Of a stretch of DNA of 64,000 nt, positions 29,998-41,747 are shown one piece after another. How positions within the stretch are numbered: position 1 is the stretch's first letter; each line of letters opens with the position of its first letter. The DNA lies in assembly GCA_964016885.1 (NCBI GenBank), contig OZ024744.1, positions 17,670,001-17,734,000 on the forward strand. The letters run 5' to 3'. Position numbers and translations under genes: made by a program. The notes under the pieces were generated by a model. The model saw only the letters and a program-made list of their open reading frames with translations. It ran no database searches and was not told the origin of the DNA. Source of the DNA: Eledone cirrhosa. Its lineage: Eukaryota.

Positions 29998-30170
29998 GTA
30001 TTGGTAGAGCGTCAGACACCATGCTTTGCAGTATTGTTATGGTCCTTTGCATTCTAAGTTCAAATCCTGCCGAGGTTAACTTCGACTTTCATACTTACTA
30101 ATTCGATAAAATAAAGTACCAGTAATGGACTGCCGTAATGGATTTGTGCCGAAAAATAGAAACACTATTA
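29998..30170 (+). mobile_element. Diverged SINE
   Basis: B box, core and tail recognisable. Confidence 0.8.
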
Positions 30171-30720
30171 ATGTGCAATAAGAGCAAAATATAACGACAT
30201 TGCTCAATTATTTTATCTAATGTTGTAATAACACAAGGAAATGTTGTTTGTGTATTTTTTTTTATATTTGCTCATAGGCTTTTACAATTTCGCTCAGCCA
30301 ACAACTATTAAAAAGTGAGTTGCTTAAGATAACAATTTAATCACAAATTGTTGCTATCTTTTAATACACTCCAACAAGTCATCAAATTATGTACAATAAA
30401 AACAAATCTTATTAATTTGCTCAGGGAATATAAAGAAAATGTATATACACTGATAATTGCAATTGTATGTAAATATTTTGTTTTTGTATTGTTTATTTTA
30501 TGTTTTCTATTATGTATAATATATTGATTTAATATTGATTGTTTTTTGTAGTTGTTTATATTAAAAGTCTGAAAATATTTTTATACATCTTACACTAATA
30601 TTTATAAGATAATTTATAATAACAATTACATAATCTAATTACATTACAACGATAATTTATTATTAATATATATCCTCTTTAACTAGAGTTATTACAAGCG
30701 TTGCCTTAAAAAAATATTAA

Positions 30721-31677
30721 ACTAGACATGAAAAATGCGCAAGCTCAAAAGTGCCACAGAATGTTATAATAAACCTTCAAAAGTGTGGGACTAGAGTTGT
30801 TGCTAAAAAATATTGTAATCATTATATATCGTACATTCTGTGGCATCCTTTATAAAAATAGCTTAAACCAACGAAGCCTTTATTTTTACGCTATTTCACT
30901 TAGTTAATTCTTAGAGTGTAACATATAAAAATAAATACATCTATGTTTAATGTAATAACAGCTATAAATAATTACGTAATATTATTATCATATACTCATA
31001 GTAACAAAATAATTGTGTTGAAAATTAATATGATGCTTATATGAACGATCAAATCTATAATGATAATTTCTTAAATATACTAATAGTAAAATAATTTAGT
31101 TATCTATTGTTACATTTTCATAGAACTATAATATTAACAATCGTATTGCATTATCAAATTTTTATCACTACAAACTTTCATATTGGAATTACCTTAAGCC
31201 ACTTATTATTACTTCGCTTTCGTACTTTTACAGCTGTAGATATTGCGCTGTATCTTATATCTAATATCAATATCTCATGGTAATTTGCATGCAGTGTAAA
31301 ATAGGTTTATTAATAACTTTAATATGAAATGTATTATACAGGGCTGCGGAGTCGGCCAAAAATTGACTGGCTCCAACTCAGGATCCGATATTCCCTTATT
31401 TCCTAAATTTCAGCTCCGCAGCTCTGTTATTATATTAATTAATTTATTTTATAGTTGTAAATCATATTTTTATATGTTACACTCTAAGAATTAACTAAGT
31501 GAAATAGCGTAAAAATAAAGGCTTCGTTGGTTTAAGCTATTTTTATAAAGGATGCCACAGTATGTACGATATATAATGATTACAATATTTTTTAGCAACA
31601 ACTCTAGTCCCACACTTTTGAAGGTTTATTATAACATTCTGTGGCACTTTTGAGCTTGCGCATTTTTCATGTCTAGT
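30721..31677. mobile_element. MITE-like element with about 213-bp near-perfect TIRs (30721-30933 / 31465-31677)
   Basis: ACTAGACATG...CATGTCTAGT termini; AT-rich non-coding interior. Confidence 0.8.
31339..31426. mobile_element. 88-bp hAT-like MITE nested in the long-TIR element
   Basis: TIRs CAGGGCTGCGGAG / CTCCGCAGCTCTG; 8-bp flanks GTATTATA / TTATTATA. Confidence 0.65.
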
Positions 31678-32000
31678 ATATATATGTGTGTGTGTATGTG
31701 TGTATATGCGAGTATATGTGTATGAGTGTTTATATGTGTGTGTGTACATATGTGTGTGTGTACATACATATATATATATGTGTGTGTATAGGTGTGTATA
31801 TATATATAGATATGTGTATATGATTATATGCACTTTGTGATCTATGAAATTTATGCGTTTTGACTATGTCAACATGTATTTATCTGAGTTTGATTATTTA
31901 TACATAGACATACTTGAAAGTATTTTAAGGCGTATCATACGGTGTATTATACTAAGTACAATTTACCACACCGTACTATATTGTGTTACATTATATTATA

Positions 32001-32120
32001 GTTCAAATCCCGTCGTGGTTAACTTTGCCTTTCATCCTTATGGGGTCGATAAAATAAAGTACCAGTAATATACTGGAATAATTGCTGGCCTTGTGCCAAA
32101 AGTAGAAACAATTATATTAT
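32001..32120 (+). mobile_element. 5'-truncated SINE
   Basis: B box, core, tail. Confidence 0.85.
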
Positions 32121-32159
32121 ATTAAGGTATTTCTGTATTTCATTATCTTATTATAAATG

Positions 32160-32350
32160 GGCGGTGGATTGGCAGTATCGGTAGAGGGTCGGACGCCATG
32201 CTTTCCAGCATAGTTACGTCCCTTTACGATCTGAGTTCAAATCCCGCCGAGGTTGACTTTGCCTTTCATCCTTACGGGGTCGATAAAATAAAGTACCAGT
32301 AATGCACTGGGATAATTGCTGGCCTTGTGCCTAAAGTAGAAACAATTATC
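32160..32350 (+). mobile_element. Full-length tRNA-derived SINE (near consensus)
   Basis: TGGCAGTATCGG A box, GAGTTCAAATC B box, core, tail. Confidence 0.93.
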
Positions 32351-32710
32351 TTATTATAATTTCCATCTTTTAATATACTATCTTTCCTAGTTATTCACCT
32401 AAAAACTCCATACAACACAACTCAACATTTAATTTTTACATTCCTTTTAAACTTCACTATACCATATACATTCAACTGTCAATTTGATAATCCCCTTCTT
32501 CCTAATAGATTTTTTATGGCAATTCTATTATTAATACTATTCAACCATTCCTTTCAAAGGGTCATGACCTCAACTAAAGTGAATTATTTTTCATCTTAAC
32601 ATCATATGGAAAAAAAAACAATCTGATTGGTTACTTCTTCAACTACCTCCAAACATGGTCATAGAACTAAACATAATACTAATTTACTACTAATTTTGAA
32701 TAAAATTATT

Positions 32711-32850
32711 ATTGCTTTTGACAACAGCTGATGATATGCAAGTAAGTAAATATTCTCTTTATCTGATATTTTGTAACTAACCTTACATAGATCGATATCG
32801 AAGTATAGTTACGATGTACTATCGTCACCTAGAAACGATCGTAAAGCAGT
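32711..32850 (+). ncRNA. Type I hammerhead, U3-A8 core, very long stem II
   Basis: Stem I ATTGCTT/AAGCAGT; TTGACAA; stem II base TGATGATA/TATCGTCA; GAAA; palindromic ACGATCGT; GUA triplet. Confidence 0.65.
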
Positions 32851-33027
32851 GAAGTATATTTCTAATGACTTGATTTTTTATTTCATTGTTTTAACTTATA
32901 TCATAACTCTGTTTTCCTCTTAATGTTTTATTGTCTTCCAGGATTTATTTTAACCTACAACATTTTCAACATATGGATTACATTCAGTTCTTCATGCAGA
33001 CTAGACCTCACAACTCACCGTGGATAT

Positions 33028-33087
<60 letters not shown>

Positions 33088-33092
<5 letters not shown>

Positions 33093-33467
33093 TGTATGTA
33101 TAATATATCTGGCGATATACTGTATGTTTGATTAAAACCATTTTGAAGACCTTGCGCTATTATTTTAAAATAGTCACTATGTCACTTCTTTTTTCAACAA
33201 GGGAAGAGAGATAAGCTGACAGATCTGTTTCACACTGTTGGTGTTCATCAGAGCTTATGACTCGCCGACCTTTGTTGAAAATTATAGAGGCTGGACTCTT
33301 ATAGAATTCCAGTAATAATCAGGAACTGATTATACAGAGCGAATGCCGGTCCAGCAAAAATTGAAAATTAGGACTGGTGCTCTGAAATAATTAAACAAAC
33401 AGTATATCGCCAGATATACTATAAATAAATACATTCATGTAAACATCGTTATTTAGGAGCACTAATC

Positions 33468-33472
<5 letters not shown>
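33088..33472 (-). mobile_element. Non-coding element in (TA)n with imperfect inverted ends and an internal canonical HHR
   Basis: TATATCTGGCGATATACTGT and its reverse complement at about 33400-33418. Confidence 0.7.
33211..33258 (-). ncRNA. Canonical type I hammerhead ribozyme
   Basis: ATAAGCT-CTGATGA-ACAC(CAACA)GTGT-GAAA-CAGATCTG-TC-AGCTTAT. Confidence 0.88.
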
Positions 33473-33508
<36 letters not shown>

Positions 33509-33512
<4 letters not shown>

Positions 33513-33686
33513 AAGTATGACCCCGTCGGCAGAACTCAAGCCGTTTCAACGGCTATTTCTGGACAGAAATAGACGTCGAAACGGCTTGAGCTCTTCCGTC
33601 GGGTCATACTTTTTCCCATTTCCACTCTACTACCGTAAGTATTGAGTACTCTGGTCCATCTGGTTCCTTACCACAATTCCTTTGTT
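33509..33686 (+). mobile_element. Mini fold-back PLE tail in (TA)n
   Basis: Same family as 20931-21104; holds the 3' half of an HHR (GAAACGG..CCGTC GGGT). Confidence 0.8.
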
Positions 33687-33720
33687 ATATATAAATATAC
33701 ATATATATATATATATATCC

Positions 33721-36060
33721 GGGCAATTTAGTACCCTGTACACGTTCGTCGACGCCTGCCGTAGCGCAGTAAATCGCTTCGACTTCCGCCGCCGTTCCAA
33801 ACAGCATAACATCAAACGGGTCGAACTCCTCGCTCTTCGCTCCCTCCGTAGCCGAGACGACATCGTCATCAAACCGGCGGACAAGGGAGGCGCCGTGGTG
33901 GTGTGGCGCGCCGACCTCTACACGGCTGAAGCACTGAGGCAGCTCCGTAACCCCTCTTCTACCGCCCTCTACACTCCGACCCACACCCCTCTACCAACAA
34001 CAAGTTTCCTCCACCATCCAACACCTCGTCTCCTCCTCCTCTATCCTCCCTCCCACCGCTTTTTCACCTCATCGTCCGCATCCCTCACCCCTCTATCTAC
34101 TTCCTCCCCGAACTCCACAAACCCGACAACCCAGGCCGCCTCATCGTCTCCGCTTGCAACTGTCCCACAGAACTCATCTCCGCCTTTCTTGACTCCATCC
34201 TCGCCCCCCTCGTCACCACCCTCCCCTCCCACATCTCGGACACCAACCACGCCCTCCGCCTGTTCGACTCCCTCACTTTCCCACTCGACCCACACCCCAT
34301 ACTCTTCACCCTAGATATTAAGTCCCTCTACACTCTCATCCCCCATGCCGACGGCCTATGTGCCCTCCGGAACTACCTCGCCCTTCCTCCATTCCCTCCA
34401 GCCCCACCCTTCTTCCTCTCGCCGAGCTGGTCCTCACCCTCAACTGCATCGCCTTCTCGGGTGAATTTTACCAACAGATCACTGGGGTAGCCATGGACAC
34501 AAGAATGTGCCCCTTTCGTTGGCCATGTTGAGGCCCAAATCTTTGCCCAATATACCGGCTCCACGCCCGAACTGTGCCGCTGTTACATTGACGACTGTAT
34601 TGGAGCCACGAGCCTCACCCGAGAACAGCTCGACTCCTTTCTCTCCTTATTCTGCTCCTTCCACCCCTCCCTCCACTTCACCACCTCTATCTCCATCACC
34701 CACGTCCACTTCTTGGACATCTCCATCGCCATCGACCCCTCCCACCGCTCCATCGTCACCTCCGCTTTCTTCAAACCCACCGACTCCCACTCCTACCTCG
34801 ACTTCACCTCCTCCCACCCTACACACACCAAACACTCTATCCCCTACTCCCAACTCCTCCGGATCCGCCGCCTCTGCAGCCGTGATTCTGACTTCGAGTC
34901 CAGGCCCTTTCTCTAGTCAGCCATTTCATCCGGAGAGGTTACCCCCTCTCTCGTCCAACACCGCTCTCACTCGCGCCCGTGCTGACCGCCGCTCCACCAC
35001 CCTGACCCCACGCCCCCGCATCCCCACCCACCGACTCCCCTTCCTCATCACCTACCACCCCTACACCCTACCCCTCCACCGCATCATCCTCCGCATCTTC
35101 CGACACCTCCAGTCCGACCCCTCCACTTCCCTCATCTTCCAATCCGCACCCCACCCCCTTCAAACCGCTCGCTCCTCGTCCGCAGCTCCCCCCCAACACC
35201 CCTCGGTTCCCTTCCCAGCTCCAGGCCTCGCTGCCACACCTGCCCCCACATCACCAACACCACCACCTTCCAGGGTCCCAACGACCACTAACACACACCT
35301 CAGACCCCCTTGGCCGACCCCACAACTAATAATACACACTCCACACCACATACAGACCCTTTCTTTACCTGTCATCTGCTCTACTGCTATCTCTTCACCC
35401 TGCCTTCACCCTCTGACCACTTCCTATTGCGCGCGCACCACACATCTCTCTACTTCCTCACTACCGAAACAGGATTTCACACCACCGGTCATCGTTCCAG
35501 CTATCCATCCTACGTCGAACCACGCCACCTACATCCATACCACATATAAACACAAACACACACATGCGTATTCTCACATACACACACTCAGCTTCCAGAT
35601 CCACACGCCCCCTCCAATCCCTTTCCATCCACACGCACGCACACACCGACTTACATCCCACTCCATGTACACACCGGTTTCACTTTTACCTGATCATGGA
35701 ATCTCGTTCTTCCTCCAACTCTCACATTCACATACACACACACACACACACCTACACACATACACAAACACCACCTTCAGCTCTCCCGCTCAGACACCCC
35801 ACCTCCCTCTCCCCTCTCCACCCCTCCACCCACCACCACCCATCACACCCTTTCACCGCTTGTTTATTTTTATTTTTATTAAACAAATTTTTTTTACTTT
35901 CTAAAATATGTTTTTCCCTCCCTTTCTCTCCCCCCTTTTTTAATATGTCTTTCCACCACTCCCCCACACAACCTCGGAACTCTCCTCCTACCCACTTTTC
36001 TCCTGATGTAGGGCTTATGCCCGAAACGTCGTCCCCCACCCTCCACTCTCAAGCGTGAAA
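33721..36060 (+). mobile_element. Decayed PLE (Neptune-like RT) with 3' UTR
   Basis: IVIKPADKGGAVVVW, LDIKSLYT, YIDD, FLDISI, KPTDSHSYLDFTSSHP..SIPYSQLLRIRRLCS; many frameshifts. Confidence 0.88.
36003..36030 (+). ncRNA. Degenerate minimal hammerhead in PLE 3' UTR
   Basis: CTGATGTA-GGGC(TTAT)GCCC-GAAA-CG-TC; A9 mutated. Confidence 0.6.
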
Positions 36061-36061
36061 C

Positions 36062-36256
36062 TAATAATAATTGTTTCTACTTTTGGCACAAGGCCAGCAA
36101 TTATTCCAGTGTATTACTGGTACTTTATTTTATCGACCCCGTAAGGATGAAAGGCAAAGTTAACCTCGGCGGGATTTGAACTCAGATCATAAAGGGCCGT
36201 AACTCTTTGCTGCAAAGCATAGCGTCCGACCCTCTACCGATACTGCAAATCCATCG
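36062..36256 (-). mobile_element. tRNA-derived SINE
   Basis: Reverse complement of the SINE consensus. Confidence 0.9.
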
Positions 36257-36330
36257 ATCATTTATACTGCCTCTTCGTTTTTTCTTGTTTTTGTTCTCTG
36301 TTTACTTTTTAAAAAAACTATATATATATA

Positions 36331-37830
36331 CACAGGGAAAAGAGTCAGGACTCCAACGGCTGAGCTCCGGCCGTTTCGACAGCTAGATACGAACTAAGCC
36401 ACCAGTATTAGAACGGCGTGAATCTAGCTGAAATTATCAAGGGTACAGTCCATATATGGGCATGCAGACAAAACAAAAAAAAGTAGAAATAACAAAGAAA
36501 AAATCCCCCAAAATTGTTGTTTTCTTTTCTGTCATGGGGAGTGGTCAATGATTTGGGATGTCGTGTACATAGTTAAATTCCTTCATAGCGGCGGAGGGCT
36601 GAACTGGCCTGAAGAACAAAGGGGAGGGGGTAAGATGACTGTCGAACTGTTGGTGCCAAGTCAGTCAGGCGTTGAGAGAGAAATCTATACAACTATCTTT
36701 TATTTATAGAGATGGTAACCTACAATTCAAAGAGGTAAGAATATAATTTCAGCATGTAAGAATCAAGGAAGGTAGTTAGAGAGTTTAAGTTATGTATGCC
36801 AAATCTAACACTTAGCTAAAGAGCAAAGCGTATATATATGTTAATACTAATTCTGTTCCTGATAAAGAAATCTAGTTATCAATTACTCTAGGACACAGGA
36901 AGGGCACCTCAATACACTAATTTACTAGTATTTTCTTTTCCCATAAAAAATCAACCCTAGTCTAGTAAGGTGACATAGCTATCTGTTCAGCCAGTTTCAT
37001 AGGGCTGTATGTATATTTTAACAAGAGTGGAAATATTACGGGTTTACCTAAGGAAGGTTAGGAACTGTTTATAATAGTGTAGATAAGCAAAGATCCACCT
37101 AAGTGTAATTAGAATGTGTAACTAACAAAGAAGGAATTCTATTTCTACCTAAGTATGTTTGGGTTTCCTTTATCTTAGTTTGTAATTGGGAAGGAGATAA
37201 GGCCGGGATCTAGCCACCTAGGTCATGAGGGGGTTTGACGGTACGATATGCCCTGTAAATTCTGAGTTTACACGAGGTAACGAGTTCATCCTTTTTGTTT
37301 AACAATTGGTCCTTTGAAAACAGCATCTGGATCGTTTCCTCCGAGCATAAATTGCACGTACGGCGTCCTCCCGAGTAAAATTTTGTCTTGGAAAGAAGGC
37401 TCCACGTTAGATGATAGGTAATATTGTTGCCTTTGGGGTCCCAAATATGGCCAGGAAGTACTGTCGCGTGTACCCGGGCCGGGTTTCAAAGAGAATGTTG
37501 ATGTTGGTAATACCGGGTCTTACACTCGCAGGTGGTTAATCCGATGTAGGCCTTGTTGGAATGTTCCGTCCTGACGTTCCACTGGTAGACCACGTTACGT
37601 TCTCGGCATCTGTTGTTAAGGGGGCACGATGATCTATCCAGACAGTTACACCCCCTAGTTTGTTCACCGCTAATATCGTCGTTATTTCTTCTGTTAGAGA
37701 GGGTTTTTTTATTGTTAGATGAAGCAATGTTTTGTGCAAAGTTGGGTGTAGTGCTGTAGGAAAGTTTGACTGTGTTTCTTTTGATGATATTGTGGTGGCG
37801 GTGTTGGTATTCCAAACTCGGCATTGAGGG
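36331..37830 (-). mobile_element. PLE 3' fragment (CNC..CPL..C GIY-YIG type) with long 3' UTR ending at (TA)n
   Basis: RNTVKLSYSTTPN..CNCLDRSSCPLNNRC..VVY..AYIGLT..KTRYYQH. Confidence 0.82.
36350..36444 (-). ncRNA. Type I hammerhead, U3-A8 core, partly degenerate
   Basis: ACCC-TTGATAA; stem II CAGCTAGAT/ATCTAGCTG; GAAA; stem III ACGGC/GCCGT; imperfect stem I. Confidence 0.6.
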
Positions 37831-37953
37831 GAGGGTTGAACAACGTATATATAGTTATTAGACGTGGAAAATAATTGGGTCCGTAGGTGGTATGCGAAGA
37901 TGAATACTCGATGCTCGTGGGGAGCAGAGTATCAATAATAATATATAATAAGG

Positions 37954-38219
37954 GAACAACGAATCAGTGTTGCATTATATACATATTTAATTACATATTA
38001 CATATGTTTCACGGTCGATCAGCTCGAAGTACGAATGGTTAATTATCGATCCTGATTCTGGAATCGGAAGGTCCTCAGATATATGTTCACATGTAGACTC
38101 GCGAGTCTACACGTGAACACATATCTGATTATTAACTGATCGTTCCTCGAGCTGATCGACAGTGAAACATATGTAATATCCAATTAAATATGTATATGAT
38201 ACAACACTGATCTTTGTTC
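37954..38219. repeat. About 265-bp spacerless palindrome centred at 38101/38102, with an HHR motif on the left arm (37995-38082, -)
   Basis: ATAT-CTGAGGA...GAAA-CATATG-TA-ATAT; the right arm has a deletion of about 29 bp. Confidence 0.8.
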
Positions 38220-38290
38220 ATCTATTTCTTTTTTTTTTCATTTATCTTGCTTTACGAGTTATCACAAAGTCACAACGAGTGACCTCAAGG

Positions 38291-41200
38291 GGCTAGTGGC
38301 CGTCTATGCCCCGATAGGAGCAGGGCAGCCTGATTTCTTCCCGCGTCTGGAGACCTTTCTAGGAACGTCCCGCTCTTTAGTGTTAGTGGACGACTGGAAC
38401 GGGATCTTAGATGCATGCTGGGACTGTGCGGGATTAGCGGTTAGGGGAGGAGGGTGCAAGAGCCTCACCAACCTGCTCAGGCGTTTCGAACTGTCTGACA
38501 GGTACCGATTGAATTTCCCGAATGTGCCAATGTGGACTTGGACAAATCGCGTAGGGTTATCCAGATCATATCTAGATAGAGTATTTTGTAGGGAAATATA
38601 TAGGTCTAGCATAGGCTGTCCACAATTCAAGATAGTCAGCTACACGGACCACAAATTCGTGATCTGTGTGCTTGACTTAGATAGGCTTCATAGACGAGGA
38701 ACCGGCTACTGGAAGCTAAACGCGTCCTTACCAGCGCGCAAGGCCTACAGAGACCGGATTAGCGAACTAGTTAAGCGGGCGTTGACGGGGGCCATCGTCA
38801 ACAACAAGTGGTGGTTTGCTCTGAAAAGAGCAATTAGAATAGAGTCCATTAGGTTTAGTAAGGCTTTAGCAATAGAGAAAAATAGAGCAGAGGGAGAACT
38901 AGTTAGAAAATTAGACGAGGCGCTTAGCAAAGTCTTCGCGACTGACGTACTTGCGGCGAAATTGGCCCTTGACCAATTCTTCAATGCAAAGCACGAAGGC
39001 TGCGTTGTCAGAGCTAGGGTGCGTGCTCTCAGACACGAGGGGACGAAAGCCGTTCAATGGGCCCGAGTGGCGGATGCGCGTCGTGGCAACAAATCCACGA
39101 TCCGGTTTTTGGTGGACCACGACGGGCGCATGCTACTCGATCCCGGGCAAATGTGTGAAGCTTTTCAGTGACACTTCGCTCACCTGTTCGGGGGTAGCGG
39201 CGGGCCGGATCGTTTGATGGACTTTAGTGTCTACCTCGACGGACTGCCGCGGCTCTCGGCCACTGATGCTGAGTGTTGCGAAAAGCCGATAACAGCCGCT
39301 GAAGTACGGGAGGCAATGACTGGCTGCACAAGGAGTAAATCGCCTGGTTTGGATTGTCTGCCCTATGAACTTTACGTACAGATGCCAGACTTGTTCGGAG
39401 GCCTCTTGGCGGACGTCTACTATAACTGGCAACAGAACGGGAGAAATCCCAGCTCTGTGAGTGGAGGCGAGGTGGCGCTGCTGAGAAAGGATCCGAACAA
39501 GGGGGATAACATAGATAATTTAAGGCCCATAACTCTGCTAAACACAGAGTACAAGATTTTGGCTAAGGTGCTAGCAAAGAGGTTGACGCTTGTCGTTGGT
39601 GGTCTGGTGGGAGAGGCGCAGACATGCGCCATTCCCGACAGATCCATCCAGGACAACCTCCACACCATGCGATACATCGTGGCGAGGGTAGCTAGGGAAC
39701 CTGGCACGGGTGGGTCCTTGATCAATTTAGATCAATCGAAAGCTTTCGATAGGGTCGACCATCGTTACCTAGCGGCAGTCCTGAGGGCGTGGCTTTGGGC
39801 CCGTCTTCAGAGGCTGGATCGCTGCCATACATAGCGACATCTGCTCTGTAGTGAGAATGCACGGTCACCTTTCGGAACCGTTCAACATCATGCGCTCGGT
39901 CCGCCAAGGATGTCCCATCTGGTTCCTCTTGTACGTATTGACTCTCGAACCATTAGTGCACAAACTGGAGACGTTGAGGGGGGATCCTGCGCGAACTAGG
40001 ATGCGGAAGATCCGTGTTAGCATATGCGGATAATGTCACCGTAGTGGTATCGAACGCCAAGCATATCGAGGCGATCGGCACTACACTAAGAGAATACGAA
40101 GCGGTGACAGGAGCAATGATAACCAGGAAAAGTCAGTGGGCCTGCAGCTCGGAACCTGGAGAGGCAGGTCCATGCCGTCCAACAGCGTCGTCGGGCGCTG
40201 GACGGACGGACCGGTTAAATTGCTAGGGTGCGGTTCAGTCCGGACCTCCAGACGGACAAAAACTGGGACGAGGTGACGAGCAGGGTGGCTTCTCTCACCC
40301 AGAAACGCGCGAATAGGAAGCTATCCTAGAAAGGTCGAGCGGAGATGGCTAACGCGTACATCCCGTCCGTCATCTACTACCGCCTCACCGTTGTACCTTG
40401 TCCTAAGCCCCGCCTGACTGCGCTGGAGCGTTTGCTCTTTCGCTTTTTGTGGAAGGGACGCGCTTCGATAATCAGGCGGTCCATCTGCTGTCAACACCCG
40501 CTACATGGGCATGCCGTGGCTAATGATGCGCAGACACGCGCTCAGGTTACGACATTTCCACCTCTCCTCGACGGTGATCAGGTGTGGTCGCCGTTTGCTG
40601 GACGCGTCTTTCCCCAGCTCGTCTCCTTGATGGAGCTGCAGTCCTGGGTCAAGCGAAGACCGGGAGGGAGCGCTTGGAGACTGGAATGTCTTCAGGCGCT
40701 CACAGCCCTCGACCAATCGGGTAATGTGATCGGTGGAAACTCCACCTTGGCGTTCTATAGAGGATTAGTGGAGGGGAAGAACGACGACGTACTTGGGGAA
40801 ACTCTAGGCGTCGACGAAAATCAACTAGCCAATCTCTTCGGAAGAACTTTCGGGCCGGTGTCTATGGACAACTTCCAGAAATCCTTGGCCTGGCAGTGCT
40901 ACTGAGGAACTCGCCCAGTTCGGGATAAACTCTACAGACATGGAGGTGCCGTCAGCCGGGTATGTCCGAGATGCGCGCAGAGCGACGAAACCGTCCTGCA
41001 CGCACTCGTCCAGTGTCCGAGCATTGCTGACTTGTGGGTTTATGTCGAACACCTGCTGTCATGTGTAGGACGGATCCGGCTATCAGCTGAGTCCATCGTG
41101 AGGATTGCCCGCCATCTTCCTTTAGCCGGGAAGGGCAGGGAGTTTTTATCTGTCTGGTGGCCATGGCGAAAGATATAGTATGGTGGACACGTTTGAAAGG

Positions 41201-41646
41201 GCTGAAGGCTAGCACTTACCTCTTCGGTGATGCCCTGATTAACTTTTTCAAATTTCATTTGAAAAGGAAAATCAGGGTAGAGAGGGAAGTGCTCTCCTCC
41301 CAGCATTTTGTTGAAAGATGGGTGCGAGAGGCAAGAATGGCCCGAGTGAATGGGCCTACTCTGAGTATGTGTCTGTAAATTAAAGGTGGGAAACTGGGAG
41401 AGTGCACTTGCCCTGGTGGTCAGGGTCACTGTAGCTTTTTAATGGGCTTTCTCCACGAATATCCCTCGGAAGTCTCCCCCCTATTGGGAAATGTTTTCAT
41501 TGTTCTACTATTACATCCTCTGTTTTTTTGTTTTTTTACACGTAGAGATGCCCATTCGTACCGTCCTGTATTGTCCTGTACTGTCCTTAATGTCTACTTT
41601 GTGTAGACCCTTGTGGTTAATAAAGAAAGCATTATTATTATTATTA
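38291..41646 (+). mobile_element. Tx1/L1-clade LINE, 5'-truncated ORF2 plus 3' UTR and (ATT)n
   Basis: APE (AVYAP, TWTN, YLDR), RT, C-terminal zinc finger; stops and frameshifts. Confidence 0.93.
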
Positions 41647-41647
41647 T

Positions 41648-41747
41648 TTCCTTACGGGGTCGATAAAATAAAGTACCAGTAATGTACTGGGTAATTGCTG
41701 GCCTTGTGCCTAAAGTAGAAACAATTATTATTATTATCATTATTATT
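41648..41747 (+). mobile_element. SINE 3' fragment
   Basis: Core end and tail. Confidence 0.85.

Noticed and set aside
34507-35904. 465-aa Pro/Ser/Thr-rich host gene
   Set aside because: Mostly an off-frame reading of a C-rich decayed PLE and its UTR
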